The notes under the pieces are model-generated. The model saw only the letters and a program-made list of their open reading frames with translations, had not been told where the DNA came from and did not search any database. A program made the position numbers and the translations under genes. Shown here in pieces: positions 17,367 through 28,155 of a DNA stretch of 32,000 nt (position 1 is the first letter of the stretch; the number at the start of each line of letters is the position of its first letter). The stretch comes from Cylindrospermopsis raciborskii Cr2010 (lineage in GTDB: Bacteria; Cyanobacteriota; Cyanobacteriia; Cyanobacteriales; Nostocaceae), in NCBI RefSeq assembly GCF_003367075.2, contig NZ_CP065936.1, positions 690,001 to 722,000 of the forward strand, read 5' to 3'.

Positions 17367-19133
17367 CTAACTCTGACTAAATTGTTGCGCATAAAAATGT
17401 GCATATTTACCTTCTAGGGACAATAATTGTTCATGATTCCCCGATTCCACAATTTGCCCTTTTTCTAGGACTAAAATGCGATCGCATTTTCTTACTGTTG
17501 ACAATCTATGAGCAATAATTAATACAGTACGATTTTGCATTAATCTTTCTAAAGCTTGCTGCACAAGAGCTTCGGACTCGGAATCTAAAGCTGAGGTTGC
17601 CTCATCAAGTATCAAAATTTTCGGGTCTAATAGCACTGCACGGGCGATGGCAATTCTTTGTCGTTGTCCCCCGGATAGGTTGACACCCCGTTCACCCACC
17701 CAAGTTTGATAACCTGCTGGTAATTGGATGATAAAGTCATGGGCATTAGCCACCCGGGCAGCTGCTTCTACTGCTTTTTGGTCAAAGTTGTCTTGTCCAA
17801 AAGCAATGTTTTGAGCTATAGTTCCTGAAAACATAATTGTTTCTTGCGGAACAATACCAATTTGCTTTCTTAAACTATTTAATGTCACATCACGAATGTT
17901 GACATCATCTATAAAGATATTACCTGGTTTAGGATCGTAAAATCTGGGGAGTAAATTGACGAAAGTGGTTTTACCAGCACCGGAAGCACCGACTAGGGCA
18001 ATGGCCTCCCCAGGACTGATAAACAGACTGACGTGATTTAAAACTAGCTCACCCGGTTTATAAGCAAAACTAACACCACGGTATTCAATCTTGCCATTAA
18101 TACTGGGAAGAGTCATAGCAATAGGATTTTCTAGGACTGTTGGTTTAATAGCCAACAGTTCAAATACTCGTTCCAAAGAAGCCTCACCCTGTTTGAACTC
18201 ATTATAGTTATGGGTAGTATGACCAATAGGATCAATTAGTAAAGCTGCTGCGGCTAAATAACTAAAAAACTCACCCACAGTAAGATTCTTCTGGGAAATC
18301 TGCCATACTCCCACCATAATGAGGGATAAAGCACTCAAGGCTTCTAAAAACCCTACAATAGGAATTTGAATCGCCTTTAGTTTTTCAGCGGAATATTTAG
18401 CCTTGAGGGTTCTTTGAGCTTCGTGAGTGAATCTAGCAATTTCATACTTTTCCGCTGCAAAGGCTTGAATTAAGCGAATACCACTAAAAACCTCGGTTAA
18501 AATAGCAGATAAATCAGAAATGCGATTTTGACTTTTGAGAGCATACTTACGTAAACGCTCCCCAAACCAACCAATTAAAACCCCCATAATTGGTGCTACT
18601 ATCACCGTGGCTAAAGTCAACTGCCAATTTAAATAAATCATGTAGATGGGAATGGCAATCAGTTGTAAAACACAGGGGATAAAATCATGAAACAACTTAT
18701 TGACAACCTCACCTACCCTGTCTACATCTTCTGTTAAGCGATAAGACAAATCCCCCGCTTTTGCTGTTTCAAAATAACTCAAGTTCAGTTTTTGTAAGTG
18801 TGTGTAGACATTTTGCCTGAGATGAAAAGCTACTCTCAAAGCAGCTTTGGACATATACAAGTCTTGAACGGACTGAAAAAAGCCCCGGACAAGAAATACC
18901 AAAGCACATACACCCGTTAATTGGGCGATCGCCACCACATTACCCTCTCCAAAAGGTAAAGCCAACTTACCAGCTAAGTGAATCAAGGTTAAAGTAGCGA
19001 AAACGTACCCTATAATGCCAATAAATCCTCTGGAGATAGTTGGCCACTGTTGCTGCAGATAGGGTAGAAGTAAACGATAATTAGAAAGTTCTTGGGAAGG
19101 TTCTTGGGTCATGTTTGGTAAATCAAAGGTCAA
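17367..19133 (-). CDS. ABC exporter, fused permease/ATPase (MsbA/ABCB-type)
   Basis: Six N-terminal transmembrane helices, then Walker A GASGAGKTT, signature LSGGQRQRIAIARA and Walker B ILILDEATSALD. The start is either TTG at 19133 or ATG at 19112. Confidence 0.9.
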   Translation of the reverse strand: MTFDLPNMTQEPSQELSNYRLLLPYLQQQWPTISRGFIGIIGYVFATLTLIHLAGKLALPFGEGNVVAIAQLTGVCALVFLVRGFFQSVQDLYMSKAALRVAFHLRQNVYTHLQKLNLSYFETAKAGDLSYRLTEDVDRVGEVVNKLFHDFIPCVLQLIAIPIYMIYLNWQLTLATVIVAPIMGVLIGWFGERLRKYALKSQNRISDLSAILTEVFSGIRLIQAFAAEKYEIARFTHEAQRTLKAKYSAEKLKAIQIPIVGFLEALSALSLIMVGVWQISQKNLTVGEFFSYLAAAALLIDPIGHTTHNYNEFKQGEASLERVFELLAIKPTVLENPIAMTLPSINGKIEYRGVSFAYKPGELVLNHVSLFISPGEAIALVGASGAGKTTFVNLLPRFYDPKPGNIFIDDVNIRDVTLNSLRKQIGIVPQETIMFSGTIAQNIAFGQDNFDQKAVEAAARVANAHDFIIQLPAGYQTWVGERGVNLSGGQRQRIAIARAVLLDPKILILDEATSALDSESEALVQQALERLMQNRTVLIIAHRLSTVRKCDRILVLEKGQIVESGNHEQLLSLEGKYAHFYAQQFSQS

Positions 19134-19142
19134 CCATTAAGC

Positions 19143-19217
19143 AGGGAGGCACAATTATTTGTAGGATGGGTTAGCGGGCGTTCAACCTACGTTCATCTTA
19201 TATTTAATTCCACCCAC
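19143..19217 (+). repeat. Dispersed intergenic repeat, short copy (see the inverted longer copy at 30492-30600)
   Basis: AGGGAGGCACAATTATTTGTAGGATGGGTTAG ... CAACCTACGTTCATCTTATATTTAATTCCAC matches the reverse complement of 30492-30600, apart from two internal segments missing here. Confidence 0.8.
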
Positions 19218-19233
19218 CCAGTTAATCATCAAA

Positions 19234-20016
19234 ATGCAAAGATATTTAAAAGTCATCAGATTATTTTGGAGTGCAGCTATTGCTGCTGAAATGGAATATC
19301 GTTTAAATTTCATCATAGCCGCCCTCAGTAGCTTGGGGAATCTTTTGGGGGGGATTTTTGGGTTGTTTTTATTTTATCGTACGGGTTACACCTTTAGCGG
19401 ATGGTCGTGGGATTCAGCCTTGGTTGTGTTGGGGGTTTTTACTCTCTTACAGGGTTTCTGGGCTACCTTTTTAGCTCCTAACTTAAACCGGATTGTGCGT
19501 CATGTGCGAGAAGGTACATTAGATTTTGTTTTATTAAAACCCATTCGTAGTCAGTTTTGGTTGTCAACCCATATTCTTTCCCTCTGGGGACTACCGGATC
19601 TACTATTTGGTTTGATCATCATTGGTTATGCGGGTAAAAATTTGGGTTTGGGACTAGATGACTATTTTTGGGGTATATTACCTCTCGGTTGTAGTCTGGT
19701 CATTCTCTATAGTTTATGGTTCATGTTAGGATCAACCAGTATTTGGTTTACGAAGGTTTATAATACCACCGAGGTGTTACGGGGACTGTTGGAGGCGGGT
19801 AGGTATCCCATGTCCGCATATCCCATGGGCTATCGAGTTTTTTTTACTTTTGTAGTTCCAGTATCTTTTCTGACTACCGTTCCTGCTCAAGCCATCTTAG
19901 GTCAAATCCATGTCGTTTGGCTAATAAGTGCTGTTTTTTTAGCCCTGTTTTTATTTTTCCTTTCCACTTGGTTTTGGCGATTTGCCCTAAGATTTTATAC
20001 TAGTGCTTCCAGTTAA
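19234..20016 (+). CDS. ABC-2 family transporter permease (DUF990-like)
   Basis: 260 aa with about 6 transmembrane helices. The N-terminus, MQRYLKVIRLFWSAAIAAEMEYRLNF, is typical of the ABC2_membrane_6-type permeases. Confidence 0.6.
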   Translation: MQRYLKVIRLFWSAAIAAEMEYRLNFIIAALSSLGNLLGGIFGLFLFYRTGYTFSGWSWDSALVVLGVFTLLQGFWATFLAPNLNRIVRHVREGTLDFVLLKPIRSQFWLSTHILSLWGLPDLLFGLIIIGYAGKNLGLGLDDYFWGILPLGCSLVILYSLWFMLGSTSIWFTKVYNTTEVLRGLLEAGRYPMSAYPMGYRVFFTFVVPVSFLTTVPAQAILGQIHVVWLISAVFLALFLFFLSTWFWRFALRFYTSASS

Positions 20017-20031
20017 AAAGGAGATAAAAAC

Positions 20032-20607
20032 ATGACACCCTTAATTCTAAATAACTCGGAAACAATACCCATTACCCATGAACAATTCTATGAACTTTGT
20101 GTCGCCAACCGTGACCTGCAACTGGAGCGAACTGCTCAAGGGAACCTAATTATTATGCCACCTACAGGAGCGGAAACCAGTAGGCGTAATTCAGATATTA
20201 ACCTGGAGTTGGGCCTATGGAATAGACAAACAAAATTAGGGATAACTTTTGATTCATCTGGCGGTTTTAGCCTTCCTAATGGAGCAGATTTTTCTCCCGA
20301 TGCAGCTTGGATACCTTTGGAAAGATGGCAAGCTCTAACTGCAGAACAAAAAACCAGATTTTTGCCCATGTCTCCTGATTTTGTGATTGAACTATGTTCT
20401 CCCAGTGATTCTTTGAAACCTCTGCAAGCTAAAATGCAGGAGTATATAAATAATGGAACCCGCTTAGGTTGGTTAATTAACCCAAAAAACCGCCAAGCCG
20501 AAATTTATCGCCCAGGAGAAGAAAAACAAGTTTTGGAAAACCCATCCACCTTATCAGGAGAAGATGTTTTACCGGGATTTGTTTTAAATCTTGAGTCAAT
20601 CTGGTAG
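20032..20607 (+). CDS. Uma2-family (DUF820) restriction-endonuclease-like protein
   Basis: GNLIIMPPTGAETSRRN, PDAAWIPLERW, PDFVIELCSPSD and GWLINP..AEIYRPG form the PD-(D/E)xK-like Uma2 pattern that is abundant in cyanobacteria. Confidence 0.85.
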   Translation: MTPLILNNSETIPITHEQFYELCVANRDLQLERTAQGNLIIMPPTGAETSRRNSDINLELGLWNRQTKLGITFDSSGGFSLPNGADFSPDAAWIPLERWQALTAEQKTRFLPMSPDFVIELCSPSDSLKPLQAKMQEYINNGTRLGWLINPKNRQAEIYRPGEEKQVLENPSTLSGEDVLPGFVLNLESIW

Positions 20608-20702
20608 GAGTTAATACTAATAATATCAAAATAATATCAAAAATATATTGAGAAACCCCGTGTTTCAATCGGGGAATCAAGAAAGCTCAATCCCTGGTCA
20701 AA

Positions 20703-21446
20703 TCATTCTACCAGTGTCATGTTACTTGCTTCACCAGATGGAGGTACAGCAGGTAACTCCAAACAATAACCTGCGCCATAAACCGTCTTAATATAACGAG
20801 GACGACGAGGATCAGGTTCAAGTTTGGTTCTGAGATGGCGAATGTGAACACGAATGGTTTCAATATCATCATCAGGGTCATAACCCCAAACTTCTCGCAG
20901 GATTTCACTGGGAGAGACGGTCTGACCATGACGTTGAAGTAAACAGTGAAGTAACTCAAATTCCAGATGAGTTAGTTTCACGGTTTCATGGAACCAGATA
21001 GCTTCAAACCTTTCTGGGACTAGAGTTAAGGACCCATAATTGAGAATTTCACTGTGCTTGGCAGCTTGGGGTATGCGATCGGCTCGCCGCAACAAAGCTC
21101 TGACTCGGGCCAACATTTCCTCTACTTCAAAAGGTTTTGTTAGGTAGTCATCCGCACCGGCGTTAAATCCCTCTACTTTGTACTGGGTTTGGTTTAAAGC
21201 GGTCAACATTAAGACGGGAATTTCAGCAGTACGCTCATCCCGACGCAGTCTTTGGCAAATGGTAAATCCATCTACTCTTGGCAACATCAGGTCAAGTAAA
21301 ATCAAGTCGGGTTGTAGTTGGAGAGCCAGCGCCTGACCTTTAATACCGTCTTCAGCTTGACTAACATCGTAGCCAGCCATTTCTAAGTTGACGGCAACAA
21401 GTTCTGAAATCGCTGGGTCATCGTCTATGACAAGAATCCTGGGCAT
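20703..21446 (-). CDS. rpaA: OmpR-family response regulator RpaA (circadian/redox output regulator)
   Basis: [83 protein letters not shown]...[30 protein letters not shown] closely matches RpaA as I remember it from Synechococcus/Anabaena. Confidence 0.85.
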   Translation of the reverse strand: MPRILVIDDDPAISELVAVNLEMAGYDVSQAEDGIKGQALALQLQPDLILLDLMLPRVDGFTICQRLRRDERTAEIPVLMLTALNQTQYKVEGFNAGADDYLTKPFEVEEMLARVRALLRRADRIPQAAKHSEILNYGSLTLVPERFEAIWFHETVKLTHLEFELLHCLLQRHGQTVSPSEILREVWGYDPDDDIETIRVHIRHLRTKLEPDPRRPRYIKTVYGAGYCLELPAVPPSGEASNMTLVE

Positions 21447-21836
21447 TATTAAAAAATTATGACTACCTTATATTTAACGATAAATTAAGAATCTTTGATA
21501 TATACAAAGATTACTTTTCCGACGGACAAGAACATTTAAAATTGAACATAAGGACTAATGTGGTAAAGGACTTAGGTTCACAATTAAAGACATGAAAATA
21601 ATATCAGTTTACACCACCAGATGTAACTCACAAATTACAGTTTCTAACCCATATTTTTTCGAGGTCACATTGAGTCAGGAGTCAAGTTGATCATTACATA
21701 CGGAATAAATAAAGTATATCTTTTTACTTATTTGTTCTTAATGCACAAAAATAACATAAAAACAATAATTATTTACAATTTGTAAAATCTAGGTTATAAA
21801 ATTTAGGATATAACACCCTAAGAGCTGGAATTAGTT

Positions 21837-22559
21837 GTGAATCAGTCTATTGTTTGGCAACGGGCACCTGAAAATTTCCAGTTGTGTGATCAGGAAGTAC
21901 ATATCTGGAAGATTAACCTGAAGGTATCACCATGGGAAATGGAATTTTACCGCAGGGTTTTATCTGGTGATGAAATAGCTCGTGCAGAAAGATTTTATTT
22001 TCCACAACACCAAGAGCGGTTTATTGTTGGTCGTGCCTTTCTTAGAAAAATCCTGTCGAAGTATATAAACGTAGAAGCAAAAGAAATAGAATTTGAGTAT
22101 GAAGAGAGAGGAAAGCCATTATTAGGCTTGAAGTTTAAGCATTGTGGAATATGCTTTAATTTATCCCATTCTCAAGACCTAGGTTTATGTGGTGTGAGTC
22201 ATAATAGACTAATAGGAGTAGATTTAGAAGGTATTCGTCACACATCAGATATAGAAAACTTAGCCAAGCGCTTTTTTTCAGTTAGGGAATATGAGGTAAT
22301 TAAATCAGTAGCTCCGGAAGAACAACAGGAGATATTCTTCCGTTATTGGACTTGTAAGGAGGCTTATTTAAAAGCTACTGGGAAAGGTATATCTGAACTA
22401 GCTCAAGTAGAAATAGAATTATCGCCAAATAAATCTGCTAAATTGTGCATAGTAGGAAATTGGCAATTAAAAGAACTAGTACCAGCAGAGAATTTTGCAG
22501 CAGCAGTTGTTATAGCTAATCATAATCATTTAGACAGGTTTAGGTTTTGGGAACCTTGA
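21837..22559 (+). CDS. Sfp-type 4'-phosphopantetheinyl transferase (HetI-like)
   Basis: GTG start. Motifs seen: FNLSHS, GVDLE and WTCKEAYLKATGKG. Length is 240 aa. Confidence 0.85.
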   Translation: MNQSIVWQRAPENFQLCDQEVHIWKINLKVSPWEMEFYRRVLSGDEIARAERFYFPQHQERFIVGRAFLRKILSKYINVEAKEIEFEYEERGKPLLGLKFKHCGICFNLSHSQDLGLCGVSHNRLIGVDLEGIRHTSDIENLAKRFFSVREYEVIKSVAPEEQQEIFFRYWTCKEAYLKATGKGISELAQVEIELSPNKSAKLCIVGNWQLKELVPAENFAAAVVIANHNHLDRFRFWEP

Positions 22560-22960
22560 AGGGGGTAAATGCGATCGCGTAGGGAGTGTTTCGCAACCCC
22601 TATATATGTTCCGTGGGTTTGTTGGGTTATTAAACTCAACCTTGTATATTGAGAGAAGTGGTAGACCGTCCCTATATTCTGTAGCTTAAACTACATTCCA
22701 AATTTATAATTGCTGCCATGAGATTGAAAAACTTGATTAACTCATGAATAACTAATAAACTTGAGGTAAATTGAAATTATCCTACAGAATGACTAGAGAT
22801 GATTTGATAAAACAAAGACTAGGAGTTGTTATGGGAGCAGGGTGTCATTAGTTAGGTATATCAATGTGAAATAATGTCAGGGTGAAAACCTTTGTTGCAT
22901 CTAATTAATTTTTGTTATTCCTCCACAATTCTGTCCCGATCTAAGGATAACTGAAAATCA

Positions 22961-24902
22961 ATGGTTCGAGAACAAACAACAGATCTTCATGTAAATACTA
23001 GAAAAACAGATGTATTTGATATTTTTAACTTCAAGTATTATATTGGACCAAATCCCTATTTAGATACAGCAGCCATAGTATTTGACTTCGCCTTGACTGA
23101 ACATCAAGATCCCCTACCGATGGAAGACTATGTTCACACTATTAGTGATTTTTATCCCCAGTTAGCTGAACAAACCTATGAATTATATGCTGATTTATTT
23201 GCTCGAGTTGTATCAGAAGTTAATAAATTAGATATATCCCTATATTTCAATCTTTACAGTATAAATTCATATCATTCCTATGTAAAGATTGCCATTCAAG
23301 CATTGCATGAACATACAGCCAAGTCAGTAGTTTACTTAGTTTGGGACTGGTTTGAAAATATTAGCAAAGAACGGTATTTCCCCCTTGAAGAGAGACTGAT
23401 AAAATTACAAGATCAATTTCGTAAATCTGTTTATGGTGGACCGACTGTCTATGCTTTATGGCAAACTGCTTACCAACAGGGTATTCCTACTTTTTATCTA
23501 TGGGAAGAGGGGTTAATGCAATATGGTTATGGAAAAAAACAGCTGAGGGGAATTGGGACCACCTTTGATGTTGATAGTCATCTGGATTCCGAATTTACCA
23601 CTCGTAAAGATGACTGTAAGGAATTTTTGAACCGATTGGGTTTTCCTGTCCCCAAAGGTGATATTGTAACTTCAGAAAGACAAGCTCTAGCTGTAGCTCA
23701 AGAAATTGGTTACCCCGTTGTCATTAAACCTGTGTCTGGTCATAAAGGAATTGGTGTTACCCCTAATATAAGAGACTCGAGAAAATTAAAATCTGCTTAT
23801 GAGTTAGCAGTTTCAGCAATTCCTAAAGACCTGTCAGTTAGAGTGATTGTTGAAGAAAGTATCTGGGGAAAAGATTTTCGTTTGTTGTGTGTGAATGGTA
23901 AATTTGTTGCTGCAACAGAACGCCGTCCACCGTCGATAGTTGGGGATGGTTATTCGACAATTGAGGAACTAATTGCCAGAGAAAATAATCAACCACAAAG
24001 AAGAGATACCCCCACTTCTTCTATGAGTAAGATTGTGATTGATCGGGCTATGGAACGATATTTATATGGTCAAAGACTAGATTTAGATAGTGTAATTGAG
24101 AAAAATCGCATTATTTATCTTTCTGATGTTGCTAATATCTCTTCCGGTGGTGTTAGCATTAATGCTACTGATAAAATTCATCCAGACAATATTATTCTTG
24201 CAGAGGAAATTGCTCAAAATTTTCGCCTCACTTGTTTGGGGATTGATGTAATCGCTAAAAATATTGCCCATTCTTGGCGATATGGTAATTTTGCTGTTTT
24301 GGAAATTAATGCAGCACCGGGTATTTTTATGCATGTTAATCCTGTTATTGGTAAAAGTGTTGATGTTCCGCACTATATTCTATCACAGTTTTTCCCCTCT
24401 GCTGAGGATGCTAGAATCCCAATTATAACTTTTAATCGAATTACTAAGATGGCTTTACTGCATACTATTGCTTACTTGTTGTCAGAATATCCAAAATTAA
24501 AAATCGGCGGTGTTTCTCGTGAAGGTTCGTTTTTAAATCTTGCTCAGAGATTTTTTCATAGAAGATTATAATCGCAATGTTCAAAGTTTGTTACGTCATC
24601 CCCAACTGGATTTATTTATTGCTGAATATTCTGGGGATATTTTAGAAAGTATGGGAATGGTTTATAAAGGTAGTAATATTGTTGTTTTAGATCATCCCAC
24701 TGCAGCTGAGATGGTCTTGTTAAGAGATGCGATAGATGGTTCTATAGTTATTACCAGACAAAAACAAAATGTTTCCATTCGACATAAGGGGGTCGTCCAA
24801 CATTTGATTGTCAGATCAGATGTGGAGTTTTGCAATCTTTATCTGGAGAGAATTTCACAATTTATTCTAATGTCACTTGATGTCTGTTACCCGCCAACTT
24901 AA
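22961..24902 (+). pseudogene. cphA2: CphA2-type (truncated) cyanophycin synthetase-like gene, split by an apparent frameshift at a T6 run
   Basis: The first ORF (22961-24571) carries a CphA N-domain and an ATP-grasp domain (GYPVVIKPVSGHKGIGV, DFRLLCVNGKFVAA, SGGVS, VLEINAAPG). A degenerate Mur-ligase P-loop follows (IPIITFNRITK instead of GTNGKTT). The M-domain-like sequence continues in another frame (24540-24902: DLFIAEYSGDILESMG..NIVVLDHP). The two frames overlap across TTTTTT at 24551-24556, and the combined length is about 650 aa. Pseudogene versus sequencing error is unresolved. Confidence 0.65.
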
Positions 24903-26129
24903 TTTTAAATTAAGCCAAAAATTCCAAATTGTGGTCACGCCAATTGCTATGAGGTTTGCAATATAACGATTGGAAATTAAAAATTGAACCAGAAATTTTA
25001 ATATCAATACATTTATCATTAAACCCGCTAAACAAATCAAGTTGAATTTATAAAATCTCTTTATTCGCTGTTTCCAACTCCGTTGTTGGATAGAAATATC
25101 CCCAAATGTCCATGCATCATTCCACAGGAAATTATTGAAAATTGCCAGCTCCCCAGCTAGGATTTTGCTACCAATTAGGGGTAAAGCTAAAGTATCACTC
25201 AATAAGTACAGCACGACCGTATCTACAAACACCCCACTTAGTCCCACTAAACCAAATCGCATAAATCTACCTAGAGGAAGGGTAATTTGTAAGTTGAATT
25301 TCTGACTGATTTTTCCTAATCTTCCCGTAGATAAACGTAGACGTATTAGGTGTTGAATGTATTCTAGATACTGCTTCCAAGTTACTTTACTTTCCCCCTC
25401 CTCGCGTTCACAGAATACATAACCAACTTCCCCAATTTCTTTGACTTTTCCCCTTGCAATTACTTCTAAAATAATTTTATAGCCTATGGGGTTCATCTCT
25501 ACTCCAGCGATCGCATTTCGACGTACCATAAAATAACCACTCATGGGGTCACTAACTTTACCTAGGATATGTGGTAAAATAACCAACCCTAAAATTTGGG
25601 CTCCACGGGATAGAAATCGTCTGACTAGGTTCCAGCTACTAACACCACCACCATCCACATGACGACTGGCCACGGCTAAATCAGCTCCCCTTTTGATTTG
25701 GGATAACAGTTGTAATAGTATCTCTGGAGGATGCTGTAAATCCCCATCTATTACCCCCAAAACTTGCCCTTTGGCAGCTTGCCAACCTCTAATTACCGCT
25801 GAGGACAAACCTCTTTCCTGTTGACGACGCATCACTCGCAATTGGGGATATTCTGGAATTAATGATTCTGCTACTTGCCATGTCAAGTCGGGACTATTAT
25901 CATCAACTACTATTAGTTCGTAGTTATTGGGAATACTCTCCTCTAGTATGCTGTTGATGATGTTAATCATTTTATGAATGTTTTCTCGCTCTTGATAGGT
26001 GGGAATTACCAAGGATAAGAGAACAACATCATCATTCCACCCCAACTCGAAAGCTGGATATTCGGCAATTTTTAAGGGACCCGTGGGGGTAATTAATTTT
26101 GATTTTTCCACAAGTTGTGCTATTTCCAT
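24873..26129 (-). CDS. Family 2 glycosyltransferase with C-terminal GtrA-like membrane domain (polyprenyl-phosphate glycosyl synthase-like)
   Basis: DPM1-like motifs VVDDNSPDLT and DGDLQHPP are present, and the C-terminus has 4 transmembrane helices of the GtrA type. Confidence 0.8.
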   Translation of the reverse strand: MEIAQLVEKSKLITPTGPLKIAEYPAFELGWNDDVVLLSLVIPTYQERENIHKMINIINSILEESIPNNYELIVVDDNSPDLTWQVAESLIPEYPQLRVMRRQQERGLSSAVIRGWQAAKGQVLGVIDGDLQHPPEILLQLLSQIKRGADLAVASRHVDGGGVSSWNLVRRFLSRGAQILGLVILPHILGKVSDPMSGYFMVRRNAIAGVEMNPIGYKIILEVIARGKVKEIGEVGYVFCEREEGESKVTWKQYLEYIQHLIRLRLSTGRLGKISQKFNLQITLPLGRFMRFGLVGLSGVFVDTVVLYLLSDTLALPLIGSKILAGELAIFNNFLWNDAWTFGDISIQQRSWKQRIKRFYKFNLICLAGLMINVLILKFLVQFLISNRYIANLIAIGVTTIWNFWLNLKLSWRVTDIK

Positions 26130-26276
26130 GACTTTGACGCTGGAACATCATACCGCAAATACATAAGATGTAAAATCGGCTTTTAATGTTAAATTAGGTT
26201 AACTATCGTTAATTTTTGTTTTTCCGCTTATTTACTTATTGACATACTACTTGTCCTACCAAAAAAATCAAAACCA

Positions 26277-27476
26277 GTGAATAATATAACATTAACTCCT
26301 ATCAACCCTATTTTAGAGCGATCGCTACTAGGATCAGATATATCACCATCAGAGGCAGTAATTTTACTAAAGCAAACTGATCCAGAAACTATAAATACCA
26401 TTCGGGAAACAGCTGACAAGCTCCGCCAAAAACAAGCAGGAGAGGAGGTGACCTACGTTATCAATAGGAATATTAACTTTACCAACATCTGTGAACAACA
26501 TTGTAGTTTTTGTGCATTTCGGAGAGATGATAGTGATGAGGATGCCTATTGGCTAGATTGGTCACAAATTTTGGAAAAGTCTGCGGATGCGGTAAGTCGA
26601 GGCGCAACGGAAATTTGTATGCAGGGAGGACTCAACCCAAAAGCCCAAATCCATGGTAAGTCTCTACTATATTACATTAAACTAATAGAAACTATTAAAC
26701 AAAACTTTCCTCAACTACATATACATGCTTTTTCTCCTCAAGAGATACAATTTATTGCAAAACTAGACAGTATTTCTTATGAGCAAGTAATTACAGATTT
26801 AAGAGATGTAGGTTTGGGTTCCATACCAGGAACAGCAGCAGAAGTGTTGGATGATGAGGTGAGAAAAGTATTATGTCCCGAAAAGATCAACACAGCAACA
26901 TGGCTGGAAATTGTCACTACGGCCCACCAATTGGGTTTATGCACCACCAGCACTATGTTGTCTGGACATATTGAAACTCCAGAACAGCAAATTACACATC
27001 TAGAAAAACTGCGCCAACTCCAGCAAGCAGCACACGAAAAAGAATACCCAGGTCAAATTACCGAATTTATTTTACTTCCGTTTGTGGGTCAAGATGTACC
27101 AAAACCCCTACGTCGTCGAGTTGGTAGAGACCAACCCATTTTAGCTGATGCACTCTTATTAACAGCAGTAGCAAGAATATTTTTGGGTAAGTACATACCT
27201 AATCATCAACCAAGCTGGGTTAAATTAGGACTGACCGGTGCTATGGAAGCTTTAAATTGGGGTTGTAACGATATTGGAGGGACTTTAATGGAAGAACATA
27301 TTACTACTATGGCTGGTGCAATTGGTGGCACATGTGTGGAAGTAGAAACCCTACAAAATGCCATCCTATCTTTAAATAGACCGTATCAACAGCGTAATAC
27401 CCTGTATGTTCGCTTGTCTCCGGATTTCAACAACAGAGAGAAGTCAATCCCCGGATACCAATCCAAGATAGGATGA
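26277..27476 (+). CDS. cofH: Radical SAM enzyme, FO (7,8-didemethyl-8-hydroxy-5-deazariboflavin) synthase subunit CofH
   Basis: GTG start. The motif [21 protein letters not shown] gives a CxxxCxxC cluster in the CofH/MqnC-like context. Cyanobacteria carry split cofG/cofH and lack the futalosine pathway, so CofH is favoured. Confidence 0.75.
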   Translation: MNNITLTPINPILERSLLGSDISPSEAVILLKQTDPETINTIRETADKLRQKQAGEEVTYVINRNINFTNICEQHCSFCAFRRDDSDEDAYWLDWSQILEKSADAVSRGATEICMQGGLNPKAQIHGKSLLYYIKLIETIKQNFPQLHIHAFSPQEIQFIAKLDSISYEQVITDLRDVGLGSIPGTAAEVLDDEVRKVLCPEKINTATWLEIVTTAHQLGLCTTSTMLSGHIETPEQQITHLEKLRQLQQAAHEKEYPGQITEFILLPFVGQDVPKPLRRRVGRDQPILADALLLTAVARIFLGKYIPNHQPSWVKLGLTGAMEALNWGCNDIGGTLMEEHITTMAGAIGGTCVEVETLQNAILSLNRPYQQRNTLYVRLSPDFNNREKSIPGYQSKIG

Positions 27477-27507
27477 AACTTGATTTACCTTTTTGTTTTA
27501 ATTGGAT

Positions 27508-27906
27508 ATGAAGAGTTATTGGTCGCGTTTGCTGGCACTGATTTTAGTGATTACCATTGGTTTGATGGGTTGTTCCGGTACTCCCGATAGTTTGACTGGA
27601 GATTATCGTCAAGACACTCTAGCAGTTGTTAAAGTGATGAGACAAGCCGTGGAAGTATCACCTAATGACCCTAATAAAGCAGCAATTCAAGCGGAAGCAC
27701 GTCAAAAAATCAATGACTTTTCTGCCCGTTATCAGCGTTCTAGTTCAGTTTCTAGTTTAAGCTCCTTTACGACTATGCGAACTGCGCTCAATGCTTTGGC
27801 AGGTCATTACAGTTCCTACCCCAATCGTCCCGTACCCCAAAAGCTAAAAGATCGCTTGGAATTTGAGTTTAATCGTGTTGAATTGGCGCTCAAGCGTGGT
27901 TACTAA
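27508..27906 (+). CDS. psb27: Photosystem II assembly lipoprotein Psb27
   Basis: A signal peptide with lipobox LMGC|SG is followed by LTGDYRQDTLAVV...FSARYQR...ALNALAGHYSSY, typical of Psb27. The ATG at 27508 is preferred over the TTG at 27502. Confidence 0.9.
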   Translation: MKSYWSRLLALILVITIGLMGCSGTPDSLTGDYRQDTLAVVKVMRQAVEVSPNDPNKAAIQAEARQKINDFSARYQRSSSVSSLSSFTTMRTALNALAGHYSSYPNRPVPQKLKDRLEFEFNRVELALKRGY

Positions 27907-27944
27907 TTATCGGTTCCAATTTGATCAGGTTAAGTATTTTTTAT

Positions 27945-27967
27945 AAGCAGGCTTGTCCTGCTTTTTC
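27945..27967 (+). terminator. Rho-independent terminator after psb27
   Basis: Stem AAGCAGG (27945-27951) pairs with CCTGCTT (27957-27963) around a 5-nt loop, followed by a T-run. Confidence 0.7.
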
Positions 27968-28155
27968 TATGAGATCACGTTATAAAAAACTGGTAAATAC
28001 GGCCCATCTAAGTTGAAATTGTTCCTAGTAAGATAGAATTAAAGGAGATTATTTTTTTGATGAAGATTTGACAAATTTCATAGAAACAGGAAATTTCAGC
28101 TGTTAGGTTATTAGTGGTTGATGATCTTGCTATTGTGCCTCCCTAATTAGCGAAA

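Noticed and set aside
20621-20674. Direct 11-mer repeat TAATATCAAAA x2 (20621-20642) and a 5-bp stem hairpin CCCCG/CGGGG (20656-20674) between Uma2 and rpaA
   Set aside because: The repeat is AT-rich and minimal, and the hairpin is short with a 9-nt loop and no U-tract. It may be a weak terminator but is not convincing.
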